NCBI GenBank assembly: GCA_041649115.1
Contig: JBAZNT010000006.1
Span: 1,301-65,300, forward strand
DNA length: 64,000 bases
Source: Candidatus Omnitrophota bacterium
Lineage (GTDB): Bacteria; Omnitrophota; Gorgyraeia; Gygaellales; Profunditerraquicolaceae
Direction of reading: 5' to 3'
The position numbers and the translations under genes are program-made. Under the pieces are notes generated by a model. That model was given only the letters and a program-made list of their open reading frames with translations, did not search any database and was not told the DNA's origin. Numbering within the stretch: the first letter of the stretch is position 1; every line of letters begins with the position of its first letter. This document shows positions 29,589 through 38,364 of this stretch, piece after piece.

Positions 29589-30425
29589 ATGAAGATAATA
29601 TCAAAATCAATTTTGGCGGATGCCGGTGGAACGAGGATCTTCGGGATGGACATCCTGGCTGCGGATATCGCGCAAAAGGCCCTTCCAGGTCAGTTCGTAG
29701 TGCTGATGGTAAGACCGGAAGGCGAGAGGATACCTCTGACAGTGGTAGATAGTGACAGGGATAATGGTACGATTAGCGTCATCTTTCAGGAAGCAGGCTT
29801 GACCACCGGGCTTTTGGCGAGGATGAGAAGCGGCGATTCATTATATGCTATTGCCGGGCCGTTAGGGCATCCTACCCCTGTCAAGAAGTACGGAAAGGTG
29901 ATTGCGGTAGGGGCAGGAGTGGGGATAGCCGAGGTTTACCCTGTAGTACGCGCATTGAAAGAAGCAGGCAATGAGATCAGCGTTATCCTGGGGGCTAGAA
30001 GTAAATCCCTGTTGATACTGGAAGATGAATTAAGAGCTGTATCGGGCGATATTGTTGTCACTACTGATGACGGCAGCTCCGGGAGGAAGGGTTTTGCCAC
30101 CGGCGCTTTAGAGGGACTTCTCAAGAATTGTAAATACGACCTGGTGTATGCTGTCGGGCCAATAGCGATGATGAGGCTGGCAGCAGAGACAGCCGCAAGA
30201 TTTAACGTCAGGGCGATCGTTTCCCTCAACGCCTTGATGTTGGATGCTACCGGTATGTGCGGATGTTGTCGCGTAAGGATAGGGGGCGAGACTAAATTCA
30301 GCTGCGTGGACGGCCCGGAATTCGATGCAAGCCTGGTTGACTGGGGGGAGCTTGAGAACAGGAACCGTCTTTATCTTGAGCAGGAAAGACACATCTGCAG
30401 GCTTAAATTAGGGGATGGTAAATGA
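29589..30425 (+). CDS. sulfide/dihydroorotate dehydrogenase-like FAD/NAD-binding subunit (NfnA-like)
   Basis: ORF track start at 29553. The ATG at 29589 follows AAGAGG. RIPLTV FAD motif, GAGVG NAD motif, C-terminal CGCCRV Fe-S motif. Confidence 0.8.
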   Translation: MKIISKSILADAGGTRIFGMDILAADIAQKALPGQFVVLMVRPEGERIPLTVVDSDRDNGTISVIFQEAGLTTGLLARMRSGDSLYAIAGPLGHPTPVKKYGKVIAVGAGVGIAEVYPVVRALKEAGNEISVILGARSKSLLILEDELRAVSGDIVVTTDDGSSGRKGFATGALEGLLKNCKYDLVYAVGPIAMMRLAAETAARFNVRAIVSLNALMLDATGMCGCCRVRIGGETKFSCVDGPEFDASLVDWGELENRNRLYLEQERHICRLKLGDGK

Positions 30426-31843
30426 AGAAGCAGCCCGTGGAAATCAAGGAAGAGCCGCCTGCGGCAAGGACCAAGGGTTTCCAGGAGGTGGTTTTGGGTT
30501 ACGGCGAAGAAGAGGCATTGGATGAGGCTAAGCGCTGCCTGCAGTGCAAGGATCCTGCTTGCGTCTCGGGCTGCCCCGTAGGCATTGACATCAAGACATT
30601 CATCTATCGTATCAGGCAAAAGGACTATGCCGGAGCCTACCTTACTATTAAAGACAAGAATAATTTTCCTTCGATCTGCGGAAGGGTGTGTCCTGCCGAA
30701 TACCAGTGCGCCAAAAGCTGCATTTTAACCAGGAAGGGCTCGGCATTTGCATCTGCCGGAGCGATCAGAATTCATTTCCTGGAGAGGTTTGTTGGAGATT
30801 ATGGGATTAAAAACAGGCTGGAGGCGGCAGCTAAAGATAGTGCCGGTTTTTTAGAGGCAAGGGCGGCGGTAGTGGGTTCCGGACCGGCGGGACTATGCTG
30901 CGCCGGAGAATTAGCAAGAGAAGGTATTAAGGTGACCGTCTTTGAGGGGCTGCATAAGACCGGAGGGGTCTTGCGTTACGGCATACCGCCTTTCAGGTTG
31001 CCGGGTAATATCCTGGATTCTGAGATAAATTACCTTAAGAAACTGGGAGTGGAGTTTGTCCCTAATTTTATTATCGGAAGAACCAAGACAATAGATGAGC
31101 TTTTCAGGAGAGGATACTCGGTAGTCTTTTTGGGTCTGGGAGCAGGAACGCCTTCTTTTCTGGGTGTCCCCGGGGAAAACCTGGGGAATATTTATTCTGC
31201 CAATGAATTCCTTACCCGCGTGAACCTTATGGGTGCGCATAAATTCCCGGAATTCCATACTCCTGTAAGTGTGGGCAGGCATATTGTTGTCATCGGAGGA
31301 GGCAATACCGCCATGGATGCTGCCAGGGTTGCGCTTCGCCTGCAGAAGATCGCGGGGGTTAGCGCAGATGTAACCGTGGCCTACCGCCGCACGGAATTAG
31401 AGATGCCGGCAAGGAGGTTAGAAATAGAGCATGCCAGAGAAGAGGGGATTAAATTTGAGTTTTTGTTTAAACCCGAGATGTTTATCGGAGATAAAAATGG
31501 ATTGGTTCAGGGGCTGGAGGCGTTGAGGTGTAAATTAGGGGAGCCGGATAGTTCGGGGAGGAAAAGGCCTATCCCGGTTAGCGGAAGCGGTTTCCAGATA
31601 CCCTGCGATATGGCGGTGATTGCCGTTGGCCTCGGAGCAAACAGGCTGTTAACCAGCGTTACGCCAGGGCTTAAGACCGATGAATACGGAGATATTAAGG
31701 TTAACCCCGAGACCATGGAGACTTCTATCAAGGGGGTTTTTGCAGGTGGCGATATCGTAGGCGGGGAGGGTACCATAATCTCCGCCATGGGAATGGCTAA
31801 AAAGGCAGCACGGGCCATTGTTGAGCGCTTAAAAAAGGCTTGA
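30422..31843 (+). CDS. GltD-like NADPH-dependent oxidoreductase subunit (NfnB-like)
   Basis: 473 aa. Two Cys clusters (CLQC..C..C.., CGRVCP), GSGPAG and GGGNTAMD dinucleotide motifs. Overlaps the upstream stop. Confidence 0.85.
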   Translation: MKKQPVEIKEEPPAARTKGFQEVVLGYGEEEALDEAKRCLQCKDPACVSGCPVGIDIKTFIYRIRQKDYAGAYLTIKDKNNFPSICGRVCPAEYQCAKSCILTRKGSAFASAGAIRIHFLERFVGDYGIKNRLEAAAKDSAGFLEARAAVVGSGPAGLCCAGELAREGIKVTVFEGLHKTGGVLRYGIPPFRLPGNILDSEINYLKKLGVEFVPNFIIGRTKTIDELFRRGYSVVFLGLGAGTPSFLGVPGENLGNIYSANEFLTRVNLMGAHKFPEFHTPVSVGRHIVVIGGGNTAMDAARVALRLQKIAGVSADVTVAYRRTELEMPARRLEIEHAREEGIKFEFLFKPEMFIGDKNGLVQGLEALRCKLGEPDSSGRKRPIPVSGSGFQIPCDMAVIAVGLGANRLLTSVTPGLKTDEYGDIKVNPETMETSIKGVFAGGDIVGGEGTIISAMGMAKKAARAIVERLKKA

Positions 31844-31867
31844 CAACCGACCCCCCTATGGTATAAA
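31840..31867 (+). promoter_or_regulatory. sigma70-type promoter (TTGACA-16-TGgTATAAA)
   Basis: The -35 hexamer overlaps the stop codon of the upstream gene. Extended -10 at 31859-31867. Confidence 0.4.
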
Positions 31868-31884
31868 TATTGCATTCGTTGGAC

Positions 31885-31929
31885 AAAGGCGTCCACCATA
31901 ATGTCAATGGGTGACGCCTTTTTTATTTA
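31885..31929 (+). terminator. intrinsic terminator
   Basis: AAAGGCGTC(c)ACC pairs with GGTGACGCCTTT (12 bp, one bulge), followed by TTTTATTT. Confidence 0.65.
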
Positions 31930-31994
31930 TGTCTTGTGCCTAATAAATAGGCAATATGATATCAAATTTTAAGCAAAGAAAGGAGATTTAGGGT

Positions 31995-33587
31995 ATGAAT
32001 CTACGTACACCAGGCGGCAGCGATGCCACGCGTACCTTTAACCGTTCAAAAAGCGTTGTTCCGTGTTCCGGATTATGCTCCAGGTGTCTTGAGTCTTGCC
32101 GCGGTAACTGCGAGGTATTCAAGTCATCATTTCGCGGTAGAGAGGTGATTTACCCCGGTCCCTTCGGAGAGGTTACTGCCGGAGCGGATAAGGATTATCC
32201 GGTTGATTATTCCCATCTGAATATCCAGGGTTATGCCCAGGGAGCAAAAGGCCTTCCTAAAGGAGTTTCAGCCAGCCCGGATAGCGCCACCTTTCCTGCC
32301 GTAGATACTGAAACAGAATATGGCTGGGATAAAAAGGTAAAGATGAAGGTGCCTGTTTTTACCGGTGCCCTCGGTTCAACCGAGATAGCCCGCAAGAACT
32401 GGGAGCATTTTGCAGTAGGCGCCGCCATATCCGGGGTAACTATTGTCTGCGGAGAGAATGTCTGCGGCATTGACCCTAAGCTCGAGTTGGACAGTAACGG
32501 CAAAATCACGTCTGCCCCTGACATGGACAGGCGTATTGAGACTTACAGGCGTTTCCATGAGGGCTACGGAGAAATCCTCGTGCAGATGAACGTAGAGGAT
32601 ACCCGCTTAGGCGTTGCCGAATACGTGCATAAGAAACATAAGTTAGAGACCATTGAGTTAAAGTGGGGGCAGGGCGCAAAGTGTATCGGAGGCGAAATAA
32701 AAGTCAAGACCCTGGAAAGGGCGCTGGAGCTTAAGAAGCGCGGTTATATCGTAACCCCTGACCCTACCATAAAAGCGCACCAGGAAGCGTTTAAGGCAGG
32801 CGCAATCAAGGAGTTCGAGCGCCATTCGCGCCTGGGCTTTGTTTCCGAAGAAGCTTTTATGAAAGAGATAAAGCGCTTAAGAGGCATTGGGTTTAAGAGG
32901 ATCACCTTGAAGACCGGGGCCTATTCCATGGTTGAACTCGCCCAGGCGATCAAGTTTTCTTCTCTTGCCAAGGTAGACCTTCTGACCATAGACGGGGCTC
33001 CGGGCGGTACGGGAATGAGCCCCTGGAGGATGATGCAGGAGTGGGGTGTGCCTACCTTATACCTGGAGGCGCTTGCCTATGAGTTTTGCGAGAAGCTGGC
33101 GAAAAAGAAGATGCGCATCCCCGACATTGCCATTGCCGGAGGATTCGCGCTTGAGGATCATATCTTTAAAGTCATTGCCATGGGCGCGCCTTATGTCAAG
33201 GCAGTGTGCATGGGCAGGGCTTTGATGATACCCGGGTTCGTAGGCAAGAACATTGCAGATTGGATTAAGAATAATAACCTCCCGCCCACCGTCTCGGAGT
33301 TTGGCGCCAAGCCCGAAGAGATATTCGTCTGCTACGAGGAGCTGGCTGAAAAATACGGCAAGGATATGAAGGATATACCGTTGGGGGCAGTGGGTATCTA
33401 TACCTTTGCCCAGAGGTTAAAGGTAGGCCTGCAGCAGTTGATGGCAGGCTCGCGCAATTTCAGCCTTAAAACCATCTCTAGAAGCGACCTGATGAGTCTG
33501 ACCAGGGATGCCGAGGAGGTGACGGGCATACCGTATGTAATGGATGCTTATCGTAAGGAAGCGGAGAAGATTTTAACCTCAAGATAA
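31995..33587 (+). CDS. FMN-binding glutamate synthase family protein (GltB central-domain type)
   Basis: 530 aa. N-terminal Cys-rich segment (CSGLCSRC..C..C), then a TIM-barrel region with DGAPGGTG typical of the GltS FMN domain. Confidence 0.8.
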   Translation: MNLRTPGGSDATRTFNRSKSVVPCSGLCSRCLESCRGNCEVFKSSFRGREVIYPGPFGEVTAGADKDYPVDYSHLNIQGYAQGAKGLPKGVSASPDSATFPAVDTETEYGWDKKVKMKVPVFTGALGSTEIARKNWEHFAVGAAISGVTIVCGENVCGIDPKLELDSNGKITSAPDMDRRIETYRRFHEGYGEILVQMNVEDTRLGVAEYVHKKHKLETIELKWGQGAKCIGGEIKVKTLERALELKKRGYIVTPDPTIKAHQEAFKAGAIKEFERHSRLGFVSEEAFMKEIKRLRGIGFKRITLKTGAYSMVELAQAIKFSSLAKVDLLTIDGAPGGTGMSPWRMMQEWGVPTLYLEALAYEFCEKLAKKKMRIPDIAIAGGFALEDHIFKVIAMGAPYVKAVCMGRALMIPGFVGKNIADWIKNNNLPPTVSEFGAKPEEIFVCYEELAEKYGKDMKDIPLGAVGIYTFAQRLKVGLQQLMAGSRNFSLKTISRSDLMSLTRDAEEVTGIPYVMDAYRKEAEKILTSR

Positions 33588-33606
33588 TAATTAAAAGACG
33601 CGATAA

Positions 33607-33691
33607 GGAGACGTTTTTCTCTCTGTTCGGGACAGCGTCTTATTGCTAAACAACTAAAGACACTGTCCGGTTCAGGCAGAAAAACGTCTCC
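33607..33691. repeat. 85-nt nested inverted repeat (long imperfect hairpin)
   Basis: Outer arms GGAGACGTTTTTC (33607-33619) and GAAAAACGTCTCC (33679-33691). Inner arms CGGGACAGCGTCTT and AAGACACTGTCCGG with two mismatches. Confidence 0.6.
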
Positions 33692-33757
33692 CATATCTAT
33701 TGCGTATTCTATTCGGTATTCTATTGTACGAGTTGCCTTTATTTTAAGCAAAATTTC

Positions 33758-33785
33758 TTGACAACAAGACAGGTTATGTTATACT
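33758..33785 (+). promoter_or_regulatory. sigma70-type promoter (TTGACA-16-TGtTATACT)
   Basis: Consensus -35 at 33758-33763. Extended -10 TGtTATACT ends at 33785. Confidence 0.5.
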
Positions 33786-33815
33786 TGATTTGAATACAGT
33801 GAGGTATTAGACGAT

Positions 33816-33856
33816 GAAGTCTTCCAGCCTAAGTTGGCGGGAAGACTTTTTATTTT
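33816..33856 (+). terminator. intrinsic terminator about 30 nt downstream of the promoter
   Basis: GAAGTCTTCC pairs with GGAAGACTTT (10 bp), 14-nt loop, then TTTTATTTT. Confidence 0.65.
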
Positions 33857-33945
33857 AGGGGACTATGGGCGTCCTAAATCCGAAATAAGGATAAGGGGCG
33901 CCTTTTTTGTTTGGTAATAGCTTCAGGGGGAAATGGTATCCGAGC

Positions 33946-35628
33946 ATGAAAAAAGAGAAGATGCGCATAGCAATAGCCCAGATAAACAGCACGGTGGGCG
34001 ATCTGAAAGGCAATGCCTCCAGTATGCTCCAGCACCTGGAGCGCACCAGGGGTTTTGGTATAGATATTATCTCTTTCCCGGAGCTTGCCCTGACGGGCTA
34101 TCCCCCCGAGGACCTTTTACTTAAGCCTAGGTTTGTATCCGATAATATCAGGGTGCTTAGAGAGATGGCAAAGGCAGTATCCGATACCGTCACGGTGGTG
34201 GGGTTTGTGGATAGGGATAAATCCGGCATCTACAATGCCGCAGCAGTGCTTTATAAAGGCAGTATCCGGGGGGTACACCGCAAGATAATTCTGCCTAATT
34301 ACAGCGTCTTTGATGAAAAGCGTTATTTTATCTCTGGAAGCAGCCCACTTGTTTTTAAGTTAGGAGGCGTCACTTTTGGCGTAAATATCTGCGAGGATAT
34401 ATGGCATGGAGACGGCCCTACCCGGGAGCAGGCACGCCGCGGAGCCGGACTAATTATTAATATCAACGCCTCTCCTTATAATTCCGGAAAGATTAAAGAA
34501 AGAGAAGCTATTCTGCGCAGGCAGGCAAAGGCAAACCGCGTGTTTATTTCATATGCCAATCTCATAGGCGGACAGGATGAACTTGTCTTTGACGGCTCAA
34601 GCATGGTGATGGATGCGCTCGGAGATGTCTTGGCCATGGCAGAGGCGTTTAAGGAGGATCTTTTGATAACAGACCTCTGCCTGCCGTCATCCAAGGCCGT
34701 TAAAGCCAGAAATACCGTTATTCTGGCAAAGGAGCTATCCTCAAAAGAAAGGACAACCCTGCCTAAGAGGGACATAAAACCGCTCGAACCCGAGGCTGAG
34801 GTATATCAGGCCCTGATGCTGGGGTTGACTGACTATGTTTCTAAAAACGGTTTTTATAAGACGGTATTAGGGTTAAGCGGAGGGGTAGATTCGGCATTAG
34901 TGGCAAGCCTGGCAGTAGATGCCCTGGGTAAGGATAATGTGATAGCGGTATTTATGCCCTCGCGTTATTCTTCCCTGGAATCTGAAGAGGATGCCAGACA
35001 ATTGAGCATCAATCTCGGCATCAAGCTTGTAACTATTCCCATCGAGCAGATTTACCGGATGTACCTGTTGGTTCTTGAGCCTCATTTCTTGGGATGCGAG
35101 AAGAACATAACGGAGGAGAACCTCCAGGCGCGTATCAGAGGGAATCTCCTGATGGCGCTCTCCAATAAGTTTAAGTGGCTGGTTTTGACTACCGGCAACA
35201 AATCAGAGATGAGCACCGGCTATTCTACCCTCTACGGTGACATGGCGGGGGGGCTTGCCGTGATTAAGGACATACCCAAGACCATGGTCTACAAGTTAGC
35301 CAGGTACCGTAATTCCCTCGGATTTGTGATACCCTACCGCATTCTTACAAAGGAACCGACAGCGGAGCTTAGGGCAGGGCAGAAGGACAGCGATACGCTC
35401 CCGCCCTATCCGGAACTCGACCCTATCCTGGAGGAATATATAGAAAAGGACAAGGAGTTAGAGAAGATTGCCTCCTTGGGCTTTGATATGGGGAAAATAG
35501 CCAGGGTTGCGGAAATGGTCGATAAAAACGAATACAAACGCAGGCAGTCTCCTCCCGGCATAAAGATTACCTCTAAGGCCTTCGGCAAAGACAGGAGAAT
35601 GCCCATTACCAATAAGTACAGAGGATGA
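33946..35628 (+). CDS. nadE: glutamine-dependent NAD+ synthetase
   Basis: CN-hydrolase N-terminal domain (MRIAIAQIN..., FPELALTGY) plus the C-terminal SGGVDS PP-loop. The start could be 33946 or 33961; the track TTG at 33907 is unlikely. Confidence 0.9.
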   Translation: MKKEKMRIAIAQINSTVGDLKGNASSMLQHLERTRGFGIDIISFPELALTGYPPEDLLLKPRFVSDNIRVLREMAKAVSDTVTVVGFVDRDKSGIYNAAAVLYKGSIRGVHRKIILPNYSVFDEKRYFISGSSPLVFKLGGVTFGVNICEDIWHGDGPTREQARRGAGLIININASPYNSGKIKEREAILRRQAKANRVFISYANLIGGQDELVFDGSSMVMDALGDVLAMAEAFKEDLLITDLCLPSSKAVKARNTVILAKELSSKERTTLPKRDIKPLEPEAEVYQALMLGLTDYVSKNGFYKTVLGLSGGVDSALVASLAVDALGKDNVIAVFMPSRYSSLESEEDARQLSINLGIKLVTIPIEQIYRMYLLVLEPHFLGCEKNITEENLQARIRGNLLMALSNKFKWLVLTTGNKSEMSTGYSTLYGDMAGGLAVIKDIPKTMVYKLARYRNSLGFVIPYRILTKEPTAELRAGQKDSDTLPPYPELDPILEEYIEKDKELEKIASLGFDMGKIARVAEMVDKNEYKRRQSPPGIKITSKAFGKDRRMPITNKYRG

Positions 35629-35631
35629 GCT

Positions 35632-36168
35632 ATGTGTTTTGAGGAGTTGGTTATAAAGGTATCGCCCGTCTTAAAGAGAATAGTCTACCGCATCAGGGTG
35701 CGGTATCCTTTCTTAGGGGAAGACGATCTTTTCCAGGAGGCACTGATTCATCTCTGGAGGGATTTCCAAAATGGGCTACTCGACGATAAGACAGATAGCT
35801 ATATCCTGCAGGGGTGTTATTTTTACCTTAAGAACTACCTGCGCAAGGTCAAAGATAAAAACAGGTTGATTAGCATTGAAATGCTCCTGGGGGACGGACA
35901 GGGCGAGCAGCTGCCGCACGATAGCCTTCTCTTGCTGCACGATGAGCGTAACGGCGACGGACGCAGCGAACTTAACGACAGGCTCCTGGCAGAGACGATT
36001 TTGAATAACGGTCTTACCTCGAGAGAAAAATATCTTCTCCGGCTTTGTTCAGAAGGTCTTAGTACCAGGCAGATGGGGCAGAGATTGGGCATCTCGCACG
36101 TAGGGGTGGTAAAGATGATGGCCAGGATAAGAGAGAAATCCAGGAAATATCTCGATAGTAGCAAGTAA
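35632..36168 (+). CDS. sigma-70 family (ECF-like) RNA polymerase sigma factor
   Basis: 178 aa. Region-2-like DLFQEALIHLW and region-4 HTH LSTRQMGQRLGISHVGVVKM. Confidence 0.7.
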   Translation: MCFEELVIKVSPVLKRIVYRIRVRYPFLGEDDLFQEALIHLWRDFQNGLLDDKTDSYILQGCYFYLKNYLRKVKDKNRLISIEMLLGDGQGEQLPHDSLLLLHDERNGDGRSELNDRLLAETILNNGLTSREKYLLRLCSEGLSTRQMGQRLGISHVGVVKMMARIREKSRKYLDSSK

Positions 36169-36238
36169 GAAGTTACCAGAAGGAAGGCTTCTTTACTTGT
36201 AAGGTTGTAAGGCACATTGTCGTGTTAAAAAAGACGAA

Positions 36239-36274
36239 GGCGTTCTTTTTAAAAGAGCGCCTTTTTTGTTTTTT
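36239..36274 (+). terminator. intrinsic terminator
   Basis: GGCGTTCTT pairs with AAGAGCGCC, followed by TTTTTTGTTTTTT. Confidence 0.65.
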
Positions 36275-36299
36275 ATGATTTTTGGGAAAACAGGGGTAG

Positions 36300-36476
36300 A
36301 TGCGAGACAAAGAATTGGTGGGCAAGCTCCGGCGTTTTAAGGCGGAAAACGGTTATACGCTTTATGAGATATCGCGTATGATTGATATCCAGGTGGCGAC
36401 CCTGGAAAGGTGGCTTAAGACGGAGCGCATCAACAGGCTTTACGCTAAAGTAGTAAGGCAAAAGCTGGGGATCTGA
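36300..36476 (+). CDS. small HTH protein (58 aa), absent from the ORF track
   Basis: ATG at 36300 to TGA at 36474-36476. MRDKELVGKLRRFKAENGYTLYEISRMIDIQVATLERWLK... resembles an XRE-type HTH. Flanked by terminators on both sides. Confidence 0.45.
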   Translation: MRDKELVGKLRRFKAENGYTLYEISRMIDIQVATLERWLKTERINRLYAKVVRQKLGI

Positions 36477-36480
36477 TAGG

Positions 36481-36517
36481 CCCTTCTTCAGACGGAGCTG
36501 GAGAGGGGATTTTTTTA
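36481..36517 (+). terminator. intrinsic terminator
   Basis: 11-bp stem (36481-36491 pairs with 36498-36508, including G-U pairs), then ATTTTTTT. Confidence 0.6.
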
Positions 36518-36576
36518 ACAGGGAACTCTCATTTGTATAAACAGTTGTATAAAAAACGAAAGGGGGAAAGCGAAAC

Positions 36577-37806
36577 ATGATAAATTCAGGGGATACCGCA
36601 TGGGTCCTGGTCTCTTCGGCCTTAGTGTTATTGATGACGCCAGGATTGGCTTTTTTCTATGGAGGCATGGTTAGAAGGAAGAACGCCCTGAGCGTCCTGA
36701 TGCAGTGTTTTATTATTATGTGTGTTCTTAGTATACACTGGGTGCTTTTCGGCTACAGCCTTTCTTTTGCACCGGAAAGAGGTTTCTGGGGAGGATTCTC
36801 ATGGTTTGGTTTAAACGGCGTAGGCCTGGAACCATATGCAGATTATGCCGCCACTATTCCCCATCAGGCATTTATGATATTTCAGGCAATGTTCGCAATC
36901 ATTACCCCTGCCTTGATAATCGGCGCATTTGCTGAAAGGATGAAGTTTTCAGCATTTCTTATTTTTACGGTCCTTTGGGCAACCTTTGTGTATGACCCGC
37001 TCTGCCACTGGGTCTGGGGCATAGGGGGATTCCTGAGGAACATCGGGGCCCTTGATTTTGCCGGAGGCACGGTAGTGCACATTAATGCCGGTATCGCTGC
37101 CTTGGTTACCGCATTGGTAATCGGCAGGAGGAAAAACCTGGATTCTAATATCCCTGCGCCGCACAATCTCCCCTTTGTAGTATTAGGTGCCGCTCTTCTC
37201 TGGTTTGGTTGGTTCGGATTCAATGCCGGGAGTGCCCTAGGGGCTAACGGGCTGGCAGTGAACGCCTTTGTGGTTACCAACGCCGCAGCCGCGGCCGCAG
37301 GCTTGAGTTGGGCGCTGTTAGAATGGCTCTGTAACGGCAAGCCCACGATATTCGGTACAGCCAGCGGTGCTGTCGCGGGGCTGGTTGCCATTACCCCTGC
37401 CGCAGGATTTGTCAGCGTAATCCCGGCGATTATTATCGGGCTGCTGGTGAGTATCTTTTGTTTTATCGCGGTGGCAGTAATTAAACCCCGGCTGGGGTAT
37501 GACGATTCATTGGATGCCTTCGGCGTCCATTGCGTAGGAGGCATATGGGGAGCTTTGGCCACAGGCCTCTTTGCCTCTAAGGCAGTCAATCCCGCAGGAG
37601 CAGACGGCTTATTCTTCGGCAATCCCAAGCAGTTTTTGATACAGTTAGCGGCGGTTGCAATAACCATTGCTTACACCTCTTTAGCTACGCTTGCCATATA
37701 TAAGTTAGTGGATTTGTTATTTGGCATCCGCGTAAGCGAGAAAGAGGAATTGATAGGCCTGGACCTTACCCAGCACCACGAGAGGGCCTACACGGTATTA
37801 GAATAG
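36577..37806 (+). CDS. amt: ammonium transporter
   Basis: 409 aa. [25 protein letters not shown] and the rest of the Amt/MEP signature. Confidence 0.9.
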   Translation: MINSGDTAWVLVSSALVLLMTPGLAFFYGGMVRRKNALSVLMQCFIIMCVLSIHWVLFGYSLSFAPERGFWGGFSWFGLNGVGLEPYADYAATIPHQAFMIFQAMFAIITPALIIGAFAERMKFSAFLIFTVLWATFVYDPLCHWVWGIGGFLRNIGALDFAGGTVVHINAGIAALVTALVIGRRKNLDSNIPAPHNLPFVVLGAALLWFGWFGFNAGSALGANGLAVNAFVVTNAAAAAAGLSWALLEWLCNGKPTIFGTASGAVAGLVAITPAAGFVSVIPAIIIGLLVSIFCFIAVAVIKPRLGYDDSLDAFGVHCVGGIWGALATGLFASKAVNPAGADGLFFGNPKQFLIQLAAVAITIAYTSLATLAIYKLVDLLFGIRVSEKEELIGLDLTQHHERAYTVLE

Positions 37807-37811
37807 GAGGA

Positions 37812-38156
37812 ATGATGAAACTGGTAATAGCTATTATCCAGCCGTATAAATTGGAAGAGGTTAAAGAAGAACTCTATAGGGCCGAGATAAACCTTATCAC
37901 AGTAAGCGAGGTTCTCGGTCACGGCCGACAGAAGGGCGTGACGGAGGTTTACCGCGGAGCCAAGGAGACTGGTAATCTTCTGCGCAAGATTCGCCTGGAG
38001 ATAGCGGTTAACGACGACTTTCTTGAGCCTACTATTAAGGCGATTGTCAAGGGGGCCAAGACGGGCGAGACGGGGGACGGTAAGATTTTCGTCCTGGATT
38101 TAAAAGAATGCGTGCGCATCCGCACCGAAGAGCGCGGGGGCATTGCGATAGGCTGA
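37812..38156 (+). CDS. glnK: P-II nitrogen regulatory protein
   Basis: 114 aa. T-loop [16 protein letters not shown]-terminal GDGKIFV. Adjacent to amt. Confidence 0.9.
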   Translation: MMKLVIAIIQPYKLEEVKEELYRAEINLITVSEVLGHGRQKGVTEVYRGAKETGNLLRKIRLEIAVNDDFLEPTIKAIVKGAKTGETGDGKIFVLDLKECVRIRTEERGGIAIG

Positions 38157-38296
38157 CGCCGGGTTTTTAAAGTTCGCCAAAAAGTGGTTACCAGGCAGTC
38201 ATTATATTTACTTGTATATAATGAAGGTCTAAAGCTTAAAAAATAAGCACACCGTAGTGCAGAATTAAGCAGCTTTAAAACAATCAAGAAAGAACA

Positions 38297-38333
38297 GAGG
38301 TGTTCTTCCTTAAAGAAGGACGCCTCTTTTTTT
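38297..38333 (+). terminator. intrinsic terminator between glnK and glnA
   Basis: 12-bp stem GAGGTGTTCTTC/GAAGGACGCCTC (two G-U pairs), then seven T residues. Lies 32 nt upstream of the glnA ATG. Confidence 0.7.
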
Positions 38334-38364
38334 ATGGGTAGAGATAAATAAAAGGAGGATAGCG

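Noticed and set aside
33548-33751. 67-aa minus-strand ORF
   Set aside because: It spans the intergenic nested palindrome and the 3' end of the GltB-like gene. There is no RBS or recognisable domain.
36882-37667. 261-aa ORF on the minus strand
   Set aside because: Antisense to the ammonium transporter gene. It is Ala/Pro-rich and is a shadow ORF. The same reasoning applies to 43288-44094, 14790-15479, 17153-17719, 46402-46944 and 48242-48736.
38157-38230. Sigma-54 (GG-N10-GC) promoter for glnA
   Set aside because: No TGGCAC-N5-TTGC-like match was found by eye. Only a -10-like TATAAT without a convincing -35.
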